A stretch of 24,810 nucleotides of DNA, taken from the NCBI GenBank assembly GCA_016748015.1, contig JAAOMT010000526.1, forward strand, positions 1 through 24,810. Reading direction: 5' to 3'. The stretch comes from Geosiphon pyriformis uo1 (Eukaryota > Fungi > Glomeromycota). Below the pieces are notes generated by a model. It searched no databases, had not been told where the DNA came from, and was given only the letters and a program-made list of their open reading frames with translations. This document shows positions 11,592-22,734 of this stretch, one piece after another. The position numbers and the translations under genes are program-made. The first letter of the stretch is position 1. Every line of letters starts with the position of its first letter.

Positions 11592-14500
11592 CTACACCCC
11601 TATATGAACAGAAGCCTCATCTCTAATACCCGAAAAGAACAAACAATGTCTATGATACCCAAAACCAACACCAAAAGCATCAGCAATGCCTAACAACCTG
11701 ACAACACCAGCCAAAAGCACAGAAGAAAAACCAGATATAGCTACAAGAACAGAATCATCACACAGAATCAATCTACCCTTCTCCATAAAAGCTCAGTGTT
11801 TAGCTCACGCTAGCCAGATATCATCCCAGAATACAAGACAGAAATTACACACAAAAGCCACAATATTCTGGGCTGCAACCTTAGGATTCTTGAAGATGGA
11901 AACAGACTCATGATACCACTTGCAAAAAACAAAGCCCTTACACAAAGCTGTACCAACAATAACATCAGAGAAGTGAGTAAACAGCAACTGTAAAACACAA
12001 GAAGAAAACTAAGATAAACCCGAGCATAATTCCCAAATAGAAACATGAACATCTGCCAGGTGAGCATGACCAACAGCATCAGACAGACAAGAAAAAACAT
12101 GGTCTGAGATCTCAACATCCCCACAGAACAAACACATAACACTGGGGTAACACCTATTATAAACACGCTTATACACAGCTACTGGAAGGCGATGATACAA
12201 AGCCTTCATAAAATACGTCTGAAAACCAGCAGTCTGAGCATTAGTAAAACCAGTAGCTAGGTGGAAGTCCAGATGCCACACCAAAGAAGATTTGGACCAA
12301 TCAATGTTAGCAAACAGCTTATCTACTACGACCCTGGAACCAGAACCAATCTTTCAACATGTATAGTAAACAGAATAGAAAACTTCACAAACAAAATGTC
12401 TTGAATTACCAGAAACTGCAAAGCCACCAGCCCTCAAAAAACATTCACTGACTACATGGGGTAGCTGCCAAGAGGAAAAAGCAGTTATCCTAGCAAACAT
12501 GTCAGCCCATTCATTGCTCAAGATGCCTGAGTGACCCTTAACCTTGACCCAATTTACATCTAAATTTTTCTTATAAACAATGTTAGCAATATAGCATTGT
12601 TCAATCCAACACTGATTTCTGAAGTCTGGACAAACCAACAAGGATTCAGCTTTGCATGCATCCAAAGCAGCTTGGCTGTCTGAAAACAAGTCAACTGAAT
12701 AAAAAGAAGGAACACATTCAAGAGCCAGAGCAATGGCCTGTAACTTCATCAGCATAGAAGATACCAAGCCAGACACTTTCACTCCCAAACCTGAATTAAT
12801 GTCTTCAAAGAACACAGTAGCACCAGTCTTCATATTAACAGTATCCAAACCACTCAGAGATCCATTCATATATACAGAGAGATGAGCAACAACATTAGTG
12901 GCCAACAGATCATCACAAACAACACCAAAATCATGAAACAAACAAATATCAGAAGAAGCACGACCATTCACAGGAGAAGAGCAAGCAGATGAAGGAGCAG
13001 CACCATTGAGAAACCAAACAGAGAGATCAAACCAGAAGAGAACTGGGCCATGAGTGTCCAGCCTTTTCCAGCACTTGAAGGACTTCCAATCATAAATAAC
13101 ACCATTCCGGTTGCAAAGTTGATCCACAAAAACAACACCATAATGCTTGAGCGATGAAACACATTTGAAAAAAAATTTTTCACCAAAGACAAAAGACATA
13201 AGAGTACCACCACAAAGGCAAAAGACACTAGCAAAAGAGGTGTCCAAAGACAAATCACACCCAGAAAAAATACAAACCATGCCAGCCAAAAAGTTATTCA
13301 AAGGATTGACATTAATGTGAGCTGGAAATAGCAAAGGGTGACGAGGATGCCAGCTGAGAGCCTGAAAGTCATGAGACCTGTGGGAGAACAAATAGCCCAA
13401 AGTACCAACTGAATTAGCAAAAGTTATAATAGATGCCGACTTACTCTCAGCTTAAATCTGCTCAAAAATCTTCAAACTGTACAAAGAAGGATGATAAACT
13501 GCATTATTGAGAAAATCAAGCAGAAGTCCAGACTTAAACTTCAAGCATTTATGAACTATAGAGTCCCATTTGGCACACACATTAATAGAAACAAAGCTGA
13601 ATTGAGTTCTGTAGCTTATAATAAGAAAAAGAACCGCAGAAACCAAGTATGCAAACTGTTTATCCGAAATTGCTTTTCTTAGAACAAAATTGACAAAGAA
13701 CCGAATGTCCGAGTAAGCCTTAGCCAAACTAGGCTTTGAAAGGCCCTCAGAAGACAAAAAAATTCCTAGGTACTAATGAGATTCCCCTTTTTTTGCAATG
13801 GAAATAGGTGAGCCACTGATGGTAAGATAAGGGTTTACAACCCGATAGTTAATAGGAATAGCAATAGTCTTGTCATTGTTAATAGAAATGTCATTAAATC
13901 TAAAAAATTTATTAGCAACATTGAGAATGTATTGCGTCGCAGCCTGGCTGCTGCCAATCCAAATTGTGTCATCGACAAAAGCACCAGCAGCCAAAAATGA
14001 TGTCAACCCAGCCTGAGGTTTCACATGACCAGTTTTGGAAATAAAATGAAAAATCAGTCTGTAACCACACAAGCTTTCCTGTTTTTTAATCTTGCACAAA
14101 AGCAAATCATAAAATATCTGCCAAAGAAGTGGTAAGAAAACTTCACTCTGATCTAAGCCATTGTGGACATGGTAGCATCAGTTAGACCAAAGTCTGTCAT
14201 TACTCTGTTAGTGCGACCATTGTGAATGCTGCCAAAAAACCTAATAAACCAGTTACACATTTTGATTCTGACCAGACTTTTCTTAAGATGCTTCCAACCA
14301 ATAGAATTGTAAGCTTTGCGCATATCTTGTAACACCAGTCACAGCTTCCGGTTCTTTTCCAAGGCATCCTCCACCACAGATTCAATGGCAAAAATAGGCG
14401 ACTGTGTCATCGTGCCCTTCAAAACAGAAAAATTGTCCTCACGGAGAACATCAAACTTGCTGCAAGCCAAAGAGATCCTGTTCAAAAAAATCTTGAAAAG

Positions 14501-16282
14501 AATCTTGCGGGCCATTTCAATCAAGACAATAGGGTGGATGTTTGTAAAAATGTCCTCCCATTCATATGGTTTAGGAATCATGGAGACCCAAGCTTCCTTC
14601 CAGGGCTCAGACACAGATTCCTGTTTCAAACAAGAATTCAAAAGCACTAAAAACATATCCAGAACCCTTCTGTCACAATGTTTCCACAGTTTATTGGAGA
14701 TTCCAGAGAGACCAGCCATCTTCCTATCAGGCAAACTTGAAACAACATCAAACATTTCATTGAAGCCAATTGAACACATCACACCGGAGAATACACCATC
14801 AAAGATATAATCCAACAGTTGGAATTAGCACACCCAATCATTAGAGATATCTGACACTACTACGCGCTTTCTAGTCCAGCCTTCCATAATTTTGTTAACC
14901 TTAGACTTAACCAATTCAGGCTCCAAAACTAGCTCATCATCCACAACCAAATGATCCAGTACCATTTTATGAAAAGGATGTTTTAAAACACTCCTAATAG
15001 TATGCTCCTTGTCCATTTCGAAACTCTCCATCCCACCCTTAATAGCCTGTCTGATATGAGCTTCTCCAGCACACTTAGATTCTAATAACTTAAAAGAGCG
15101 GTAAAACTTTCTCACCTTAGCCAGCTCAGAGCAAATGCTATCAAAACTAGAACCTGAAAGGAAAAGAGATTTCACAGACGAGGCACCAATTGAGTCAAGC
15201 CTGTCCCATGTATCCAACAGCAAAGCAAAATTCCCACCAGAGACCAAGCGAGAAGACTTCACCAGCTTAGAAACAAGCAGCTTCAGCTTGTGAAATTTAG
15301 AAAACATCTTATTAAAAACACTATCAAAACCCTTAAACCATTTTTTTTGGAATGTCTCACCAGCTGAAATAACCATAATTTTGCAAACAACGTTCTACAT
15401 TATATCCATATCTGAAAACCTCTCAGCCATAGCAAACACATCCGAGAACATGGAAGCATTAGCAGCTGAAGCATCTTTGAACTCCAACCACTTTGCAGCA
15501 TTGACATTATTGATGTCAAACTTCCAATGATCTTTGTTAGCCTGCTTGCGCAGAAAGAAAAGCTACACATCCAACAAACCATCCAGATCTACAGAAACAG
15601 AAACAGCCTTATGATCAGTATCAAAGAAATCAATGACACCCATTACATTTCGATCCACAATAGCATTAACCAAATTAGAAGAGACAAACACATAATCAAT
15701 CATCTTGGTGACACCATGAGAATTGCACCAAGTTGGTAACTTAACAAAAAAGCTCCCACCCAAAAAGTTGACCAAACCTAATTCAAAGCATTTTCTAAAA
15801 TTGACACATCTATGAGATCTGTTCTCATTGAAATCACCACCAAGAATGACAAAAGAAGTTTTGTTTACAGCTTTAGCTATAATAGAGTTGATGTTATCAG
15901 CCTGAAAAAACCAAACCAATAAAAAAATGCCAGCATAAAGCCCCAAAATTGACACTGAAAGTTTATTTTTGAAGAGCAACCTGATAGAGAGGAGTCGGCC
16001 AGGAACCTCTGAGACTTTACTCACATGCTGAGCCAAAGAATTGTTCATAATAATTGCCACACCAACACCCAAATGACTATTATCCAAACCCAAAGTGAAA
16101 ATCCATACACCTTTAAACTTGTTCATGATCCAAGAATAAATCCTGCCTTTCAACTTAGTTTCAGTAACAATTGAAATCAAACTGCCCATTTCTGAATGCC
16201 ACCGAATAATGTCATCCTGTTTAGCAAGATTGTTCATGTCTCAAACATTACACATTGTAATCCTCCAAACTAGATCAGTCAT
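11592..16282 (-). pseudogene. ORF2 (APE endonuclease, RT, RNase H, Cys/His motif) of copy C, disrupted
   Basis: VTETKL, LGGDFNE, MIDYVFVS, DTDHKAV; MIPKP, LQDMRKAYNS, AFVDD (13968-13979); VYMNGS, SDSQAA, WVKVKGHSG..NEWAD; CLFCGDVEISDHVFSC. Confidence 0.95.
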
Positions 16283-17094
16283 TGAGAAAGAGATTTAGGA
16301 AGTGCATCACTAGCCAGGATTGAACCATCAAATCTTGCCATTAGACTCAGAACTGAAGCAGAAAGTTCTTCCAACATACTCTCTAGCCTTTTCACCTTAG
16401 ATAAAGCAGAAGAAACTAATATTACAGCAATATTACCACAAGTGGCCTCATCCAAGCCCTCTTCCATTACTACATCACCCACCTAATTCTGTGATGAGGG
16501 GGTCACTAACAGCTGACATCCAGGATTAGACTGGGAAACCACCAGCACGAATGAGTCCAACCTCTTATTCAACTTATCTATTTGTTTTATGAGATTGACA
16601 ATACTGCTTTCCAAAACAGCAAATCTTTTTTCTAAATCACTCACAACAGGAAGAGTAGACTTCATCTCCAAAGAGGAGCTATCATTCAATGAAACATTCT
16701 GAACAAGAAAAGGATAAAAAGAGAACCCACCAACAATTTTGGCCCATAAAACACTGCCAAAAGAAACAGGACGAGCAATGGGTGTTAAATGCTGTATCTA
16801 AAAAAACCCAATGTGACAAGCCACCAGAAGAAGATTTCTCACCTAAAACACAGCCCAGAGAAGAATGACCAAATTTTCCACACTTTGCACATACAGCAGA
16901 ACTAAGATAAGACCAGCAGAGATGAGCACCTTTTAGCACAGACATGGTTCCCATGATGGCATCCAACGATTCAGCCAAGTCAAAACAGACAGTGGCACAT
17001 CTGGCCCAAGCATAGGTAACTGGATGATGATCAATTACACATGTCTTCTCACCCATAGAGCAAACAAAGTCCCAAATGTTATGAGCATTTGTGC
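16279..17094 (-). pseudogene. 3' half of ORF1 of copy C
   Basis: CAKCGKFGHSSLGC knuckle and coiled coil LEKRFAVLESSIVNLIKQIDKLNKRL; paralogous to 738-1585. Confidence 0.88.
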
Positions 17095-17140
17095 TGTTAC
17101 CCAAGTAGAAAAACTGATCCAAAGTTATGAAAAAACGTGA

Positions 17141-17350
17141 CCAAAACATGACATAACACAGAATAATGTGCAAAAACGTTGGATAACGCGTTATAACGTA
17201 GGATAATATGTTATAATACAGGATAATACAGAATAGTGCACAATAACATAGGATAATGTGTTATAATACAGGATAACACAGAATAATATGTAATAATGTC
17301 AGATAACATATTATAACATAGGATAACTAGTGATAACGTAGAAAAACAAA
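17141..17350 (+). repeat. Tandem array of about 20 10-bp units (inferred consensus NNATAACGCG) in U3
   Basis: ggataacgcg ttataacgta ggataatatg ttataataca ggataataca ... in strict 10-bp phase. Confidence 0.9.
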
Positions 17351-17426
17351 GCAATAACAGAAACAACAAAGCAATAGTTAGTGATAGCAAGACAATTGAA
17401 AGCAATCCTGTAAAACCAAAAGAATG

Positions 17427-17433
17427 TATAAAA
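17427..17433 (+). promoter_or_regulatory. Candidate LTR TATA box
   Basis: TATAAAA just downstream of the repeat array; AATAAA follows at 17546-17551. Confidence 0.5.
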
Positions 17434-17750
17434 GCAAGTAGTTGTAGAAGTGAGAAAAGAGAGACAGATAGATACGAACTTCTAAACAAGAATTAAATAT
17501 CCATACCTCTTTATCCTTTATTATCTTCCCTATTTCATCTCCTGAAATAAACCAATTATTAAAAAAAATCAGAATCACAAATTCATGTTCTCAAACTTCA
17601 TGGAATTTACATGAATTAACTTTTGTCTTGTACTTCTGTTCTAGGACAGATGCTCTTAGTATAATCACCTCGAACCTATTAACAATTTGGACCAATCACT
17701 CTTGATCACGGCGATTGACGATACTAATTTATTTTTTCTCTCTTTCTTTT

Positions 17751-17752
<2 letters not shown>

Positions 17753-17788
<36 letters not shown>
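17753..17788. repeat. Poly(T)36 within a pyrimidine tract inside the LTR
   Basis: Read directly from the sequence. Confidence 0.95.
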
Positions 17789-18188
17789 CTGTCTTATTTT
17801 TATGAAGTGGCAAAATAGTAAAATTGACTGTCTGGGAATAGACTTTATGATAGCCTGGTAAAAAAGGGAAGCTCCCTCTAAGTTTTGGATATTAACATTA
17901 TCTTGTTAGCTTACCAGAAGGATGAAAAGACAACACCAGACCCTAATGACTGCACTCGTTAGTTCAGAGAAAAAAACTCACATTTATGAAAAACGTTACA
18001 ATCAATGAAAGACAAACTCTGTGCCTTATAACCAAAGAACTCAACGGGTAAATTCACATTTAGGAATAGACCTTCAGAAACTGATAATCAAGACTAAGCC
18101 AACAAAATTACACAGAAGATGTATCATCCATAATTAAGAGCACCAAATGTTACCATTTCCCATACTCACCAAGTTTACCCATAACATT

Positions 18189-18206
18189 TGGTGCTTCCTG
18201 TGAGAT
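18189..18206 (+). promoter_or_regulatory. Primer-binding site (tRNA identity uncertain; elongator Met- or Ile-like)
   Basis: TGGTGCTTCCTGTGAGAT. Its complement AT-CTCAC-AGGAAGC-A-CCA has tRNA 3'-end geometry: T-loop end, 5-nt T stem, 7-nt acceptor strand, discriminator, CCA. Confidence 0.85.
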
Positions 18207-18248
18207 TATAAATCCACAAAGACAGAGCACCCCAAAAAATACATAAAA

Positions 18249-20400
18249 GTGATGACTATTGGAACAATAGGAAAGGACTACTCCTCATATAGAAAAGCAC
18301 TATTTCAATACTTTCAAAAAGACCTAAGAATACCAGCAGAAATTGCTTACGCAGAAAGTGATTTTTGTAACTATATTAACACAAAAATTGACTGCTTGTT
18401 AGGCTGTGCAACTAATACAGGAAGACTTGAAGAACAAATCCATCAAAGCTTACTAGGGTACTTAACAGCCATGAATACCCGAGCAATCGCTGAAACTCTG
18501 CACATAATCGATACAGACATTAAATATTACATGGCACAACGATTCTCTTAAGTATAACAACCAGTGGAATCCAACTCTGAGAAATACGAAAACGAATTCA
18601 ACAACTCTGTAACTGCCCAAGCCAAGTCCACAGTCAACAAGAAACCAAAAGTCCTCTCCCCAACAACTCCATCATATCATCAGACACCTCAGAGTAGAAT
18701 TGTATTCAACCCACCCCCGGAAACCCAGTCAGAAACACCACAAACTCCTGGAAATCCACATCCTTAGAATTGACACAGTTAGACCAAATCACTAGCAGAA
18801 TACAGATCACTGTTTGGAAATCTTACTCCAGCAGCTGGTTAAACAGAAGAAAACCCATCAACTTGGGAACAGCCATCAGCATAAAACCTAGCAGAATCAG
18901 CATCTTCTCTGATGAAAGAAACAGCTATTTTACAACCTATTGGTTCAAGTGACAAAGGAAAGCAACCAGCATTAGCATCTAGAGAACACTCAAATATGCA
19001 GACACCAATCTCTTTAAACATAACCAGTAACACCCCACCCATTAACCAGATCATGGCTTACTGGGATATCATTAAATTGGAAAAATTCTCTGATAAAAAA
19101 GATAATGCATATTCTTGGATCATGGATGCCGAGAAAGCAATTACTGCTAATGGTTGGAATAACGACCACACAATTCAGGCACTGCCATTTTTTCTAATCG
19201 GAACTGCCAATTTGTAGTACCAGAGCCTCGCAGAGAAGCCTACCTCCTTTACCAAGTTTAAACTTGCATTTTTGCAATACTTCTGTAACCCCAATACGTT
19301 AATCCAATTGCAGAATCAATTCAGCATAATTAAACAAAAAGATCACGAAGCAGTAACTACTTATCTCAGATGATTCAATCAAATTCTGCATCAAATATTA
19401 GCTATCGAAAGGGACTACTACACCATGGCGCAAGTTCTTAATCAATTCATTAAAGAATTGTAGAGTGGTATTCTAAAATCCATAAGACCCCACCATCTGA
19501 CCAGTTTACAAGACGCTGTCATTCTCACTCACGATTTTGAGTCTGCAGAACAAGAAGCAAACCATACCCAAGCTATTAATTTAGCCATTAATGAACCTCT
19601 GATATTGACACAAAGATAACCCAATTAAATAAGAAACCAACTCAAAAAATTGAAGGATTCTTAGCCAGAACTACAGGAACTTACCAACCACTCCAATGGA
19701 GAGAAAATAACAACAACAGCAGATACCCACAGCAACAGAATCATTAGCAACAGCAACAACCTTGGAAATCCAATTCCCACAACTGTTACTACTGCCAGAA
19801 ACCTGAACACATCGCCCATGACTGCAGAAAGAAGATCATAGACCAAAATCAAGGAAACCCATACCAGCAACTCAGATATTAGCAAAACATAGTACTTCAA
19901 TATTTCATACTTCAGAATCAACCACCCCTATATGCACAACAAGTCTCGTACACTCAACCACTGCCCCAGAATTATTATCAACCACCACCAATAACACAAG
20001 CAATCTCTCACTATCAAACTTCCCCTTATAGCCCATCCAGACCTCGAGCTATAGACTATAATCAAGAATGGAGGAATTCCAACAACAATCAGGTGCAAAC
20101 CAACAGTAGACTGTCTCGACCAATCCCTCACGGTTCTGCCCAATCTCGACCAACACCAACTAGATACCCGAATCAAGCTTCCTATCTCAGTCTTATGAAA
20201 GACCAGGGTTTTGATAAATCTACACCTGTGGAAAGAGGGAATATAGAATGAATCTTCCAATCTTCTAAGCAAACAAAAAGCAATATTCTACCAGCCACTA
20301 TTACCGAAAACACCACCTTAGCCACCATATTTCCTTTTGACATCAATAATTTGAACACTCATAGCCTTTTTAGTGGAGCAGTTATCAATTAGGATAAACC
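18249..20400 (+). pseudogene. gag: gag (long N-terminal extension, capsid-like core, CCHC knuckle, Q/P-rich tail), disrupted
   Basis: KLEKFSDKKDNAYSWIMDAEKAITANGW..LPFFLIGTA..KQKDHEAVTTY..QFIKEL; CYYCQKPEHIAHDC at ~19784-19825; one 1-nt frameshift near 19594. Confidence 0.88.
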
Positions 20401-20770
20401 AATAATGGTCCTATACACCAATGCCAGAGTCAGAGAAATAGACATTAAATTAATCCTAGATAGCGGATCAGCTGGTATAATCACGAAGCAGCTCATGGAC
20501 CAACTAGGTTGCTAAGTAGACTATGCTGCTACCACCTAGATTATTACAGCGGATAGAAACACAAAAACCCCAATAGGAGAAATTGACAACTTCCCCTTCA
20601 AGATTAATGGAATTCAAATCCCTACCAAAGTACTCGTCATGGAAACTACTCAATATCAAGCTCTAGTAGAAAATGATTGGTTGTCAAAAGCCAACGCTAC
20701 TCTTGACTGAAACACCCAAGAACTTCAACTCATGTTCAATGGACAGCATGCTCAAGTCCCAGCTACGTGC
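20401..20770 (+). pseudogene. Retroviral-type aspartic protease
   Basis: KLILDSGSAG (DSG at 20459-20467) ... ALVENDWL (LGxDW motif decayed); same frame as the CCHC knuckle. Confidence 0.9.
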
Positions 20771-21790
20771 GAACACTTTAAAACCCAATGTACTAAGGAA
20801 CTCCTTATTGAATTTGAAGACACATCAATGCCACCAACCATCGAGACCTATCAGGTTTTATGGGCGGATGATTATCAAACTGAACTACTCCCACCACCAA
20901 TCTGGGAAAAAAAAAAAAAAAGCAGAGCTGAAGAAAAACTCCAATTATCATCACTAGGATACGTAACTTTGGACCAAAGAAACTTATTTTACCAACCCCC
21001 AAGACTAATATGTGTCGATTGTGGGAAAAAACTATCCACTATGAGCACATGTATTGGGAACAACAAAAAATGGCCCACAGTTACCAAATACTATTGCAGA
21101 CCTTGTTTACTGGAAAAATTTGGATGACCAAAATGACAAGGCAAGTAGGACAACACGCTGTGTTTCGCATGTGGCGAAATCTTGCCTGATAAAGGACTCT
21201 GGAATGATGTGCCTAGCAGAGGAAGAACATACAACGAGACTTGTCAATATATCATATTAATCAATGATTGGGTACAAAAGAGAACCCCCATCGAGGACGC
21301 TTAAAAATAAGCCCTCAACAGGCTGAACAGTTATCCACACGATGACCACAAAATCTGGAGAATGACAAGCACCAAGGCCGAAGGTGCCATGCCCGAAGAA
21401 ATACAAGAAATCAAGGACAACTCTTGGATGCCAGAATATAATAGACCCGACTACTCCAAGGATGATTTCTTCACAGATGACCCAGACGCATTTCAAAACT
21501 GATATCAAGAATTGGCTCCAACTTGCAAAGAACAGGAGCAAAGGTTGGCTGATTTGAATACCAAACTGTGCAATCACTGTTTGATTCCCTGTCACTTCTA
21601 GTACTGCAACAAATGTGATCTAATGTTCAATCCGTCTCCAAGAATACTGTTTCCAATCACCGAACTACCTGAGCCCGAAGAAGAGGTATTAATTACCGAG
21701 GACATGTCGTTTCAAGATCCAACTAAGAATATTGAAACAGAACAGTATCTCGCTTATCTTGACCTATCCAAAGAACTAGAGCTAAAATGG
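20771..21790 (+). pseudogene. Unassigned ~340-codon Cys-rich polyprotein segment
   Basis: In frame with the protease. Contains CVDC, CRPC, CFAC, ETC and CNHC-LIP-C-x4-CNKC. Its only stops can be explained by CGA/TGG/CAA/CAG transitions. Confidence 0.7.
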
Positions 21791-21799
21791 TACAGTAAC

Positions 21800-22206
21800 A
21801 ACGAGAAAGGAATCTGCCCAAAAGAGTGCATGACACTGATGCTGGTTTTGACTTACAATACCCTGGACAATCACTCATCATTATAGCTCCACATTTCTTC
21901 GTAAAAATAGATCTTAAGATAGTGTTAAAAATTTCTGTTAGTACAATGGTACAAGTTGCCTCTCAATTTAGTCTAGCCAAGAATGAAATTGATGTAAAAG
22001 GAAGAATTATCGATGCTGATTACACGGGAAACATCATCATGATGCTACAGAACAATTCAGACAGACCCTACAAAATAGAATCACAAGAAAAGATTGCCCA
22101 AGCTATCTTCCTACCCCTAGTCAAAATACCCCAATTAATCCCAGTAACAATCCGAGAAAAGTTAAGCCTCACTGCCCGAGGAATCAATGGGTTTGGATCA
22201 AGTGGA
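21800..22206 (+). pseudogene. dut: Trimeric-family dUTPase domain within pol
   Basis: All five motifs in order: AGFDL, SQFSLA (decayed RSS), GRIIDADYTGNI, KIAQ, RGINGFGSSG. Confidence 0.93.
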
Positions 22207-22734
22207 AGAAGAAACATACCAGTTAATTTCACGGAGGAAGACAGTGAACAGGTAGAATTTATCAATACCGACACCATCATCTCCATTCCTTCATACCAAC
22301 AATACATCCTCAAGGTAAATCAAAAGATCCAAGATCAAGTTCTGTTATTTGAAGCCAGTCCCAAAATCTGTTCTCTAGCCAATGTTGCTAATCTATACCT
22401 ACTGGCCAAAGCCCATAAACACTTCAAAATCCCCATCTACAACCTGACAGAAGATGTCATTGAAATCTCCAAAGAGACCCTCATCAGTTCTATATTCGCA
22501 GATATTCAGAATCCTGAAAAACCCCAGTCCATTCCTGATTTTGCACAATTATTTTTATTCTGTGACATTACCTTACAAGTATGGAATTTGCCAAAAGAAA
22601 GTTACTTGTTCACACCAGAAAAGATCAATAAATTGAATTTAGGAAATTTAAGTACCCTGCAACAAATGCAACTCAAAGTTCTTCTGAATCAGTATGCTGA
22701 TGTTTTTGCCAGTGAAAATGAGTTTGAACACACC

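Larger units (their letters stand above)
11458..17094 (-). mobile_element. LINE-like retrotransposon copy C (3' tail to mid-ORF1), interrupted by the LTR element
   Basis: T11 tail at 11458-11468, 3'UTR, complete but broken ORF2. ORF1 stops abruptly at (G)TNAHNIWDFV where the LTR begins. Confidence 0.95.
17095..18186 (+). repeat. 5' LTR (1092 bp)
   Basis: Starts TGTTA exactly where LINE homology ends. Ends TAACA 2 nt before a TGG-starting PBS. The partner LTR is not in the window. Confidence 0.85.

Noticed and set aside
155-14810. Many + strand ORFs over the LINEs (e.g. 1627-2067, 7601-8023, 14316-14810)
   Set aside because: Antisense shadows of the minus-strand retroelement frames, with no independent motifs.
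16682-17173. 163-aa ORF as a fusion gene
   Set aside because: Chance read-through from the LTR antisense strand into interrupted LINE ORF1 at 17094/17095.
17141-17350. Repeat array as CRISPR or telomeric repeat
   Set aside because: 10-bp units with no spacers, no cas genes, and located inside an LTR.
17211-17578. Hydrophobic minus-strand ORFs resembling membrane proteins
   Set aside because: Translations of the 10-bp array and A-rich LTR sequence.
17940-17985. Possible decayed hammerhead ribozyme (ctaatga...gaaa)
   Set aside because: The core needs a reversion and has an extra base, no stems I/III are evident, and ctaatga pairs better with the downstream tcgttag as a simple hairpin.
19585-19600. 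Programmed gag-pol frameshift
   Set aside because: The shift lies inside gag before the CCHC knuckle, lacks a slippery heptamer and looks like a 1-nt deletion; a consensus would confirm.
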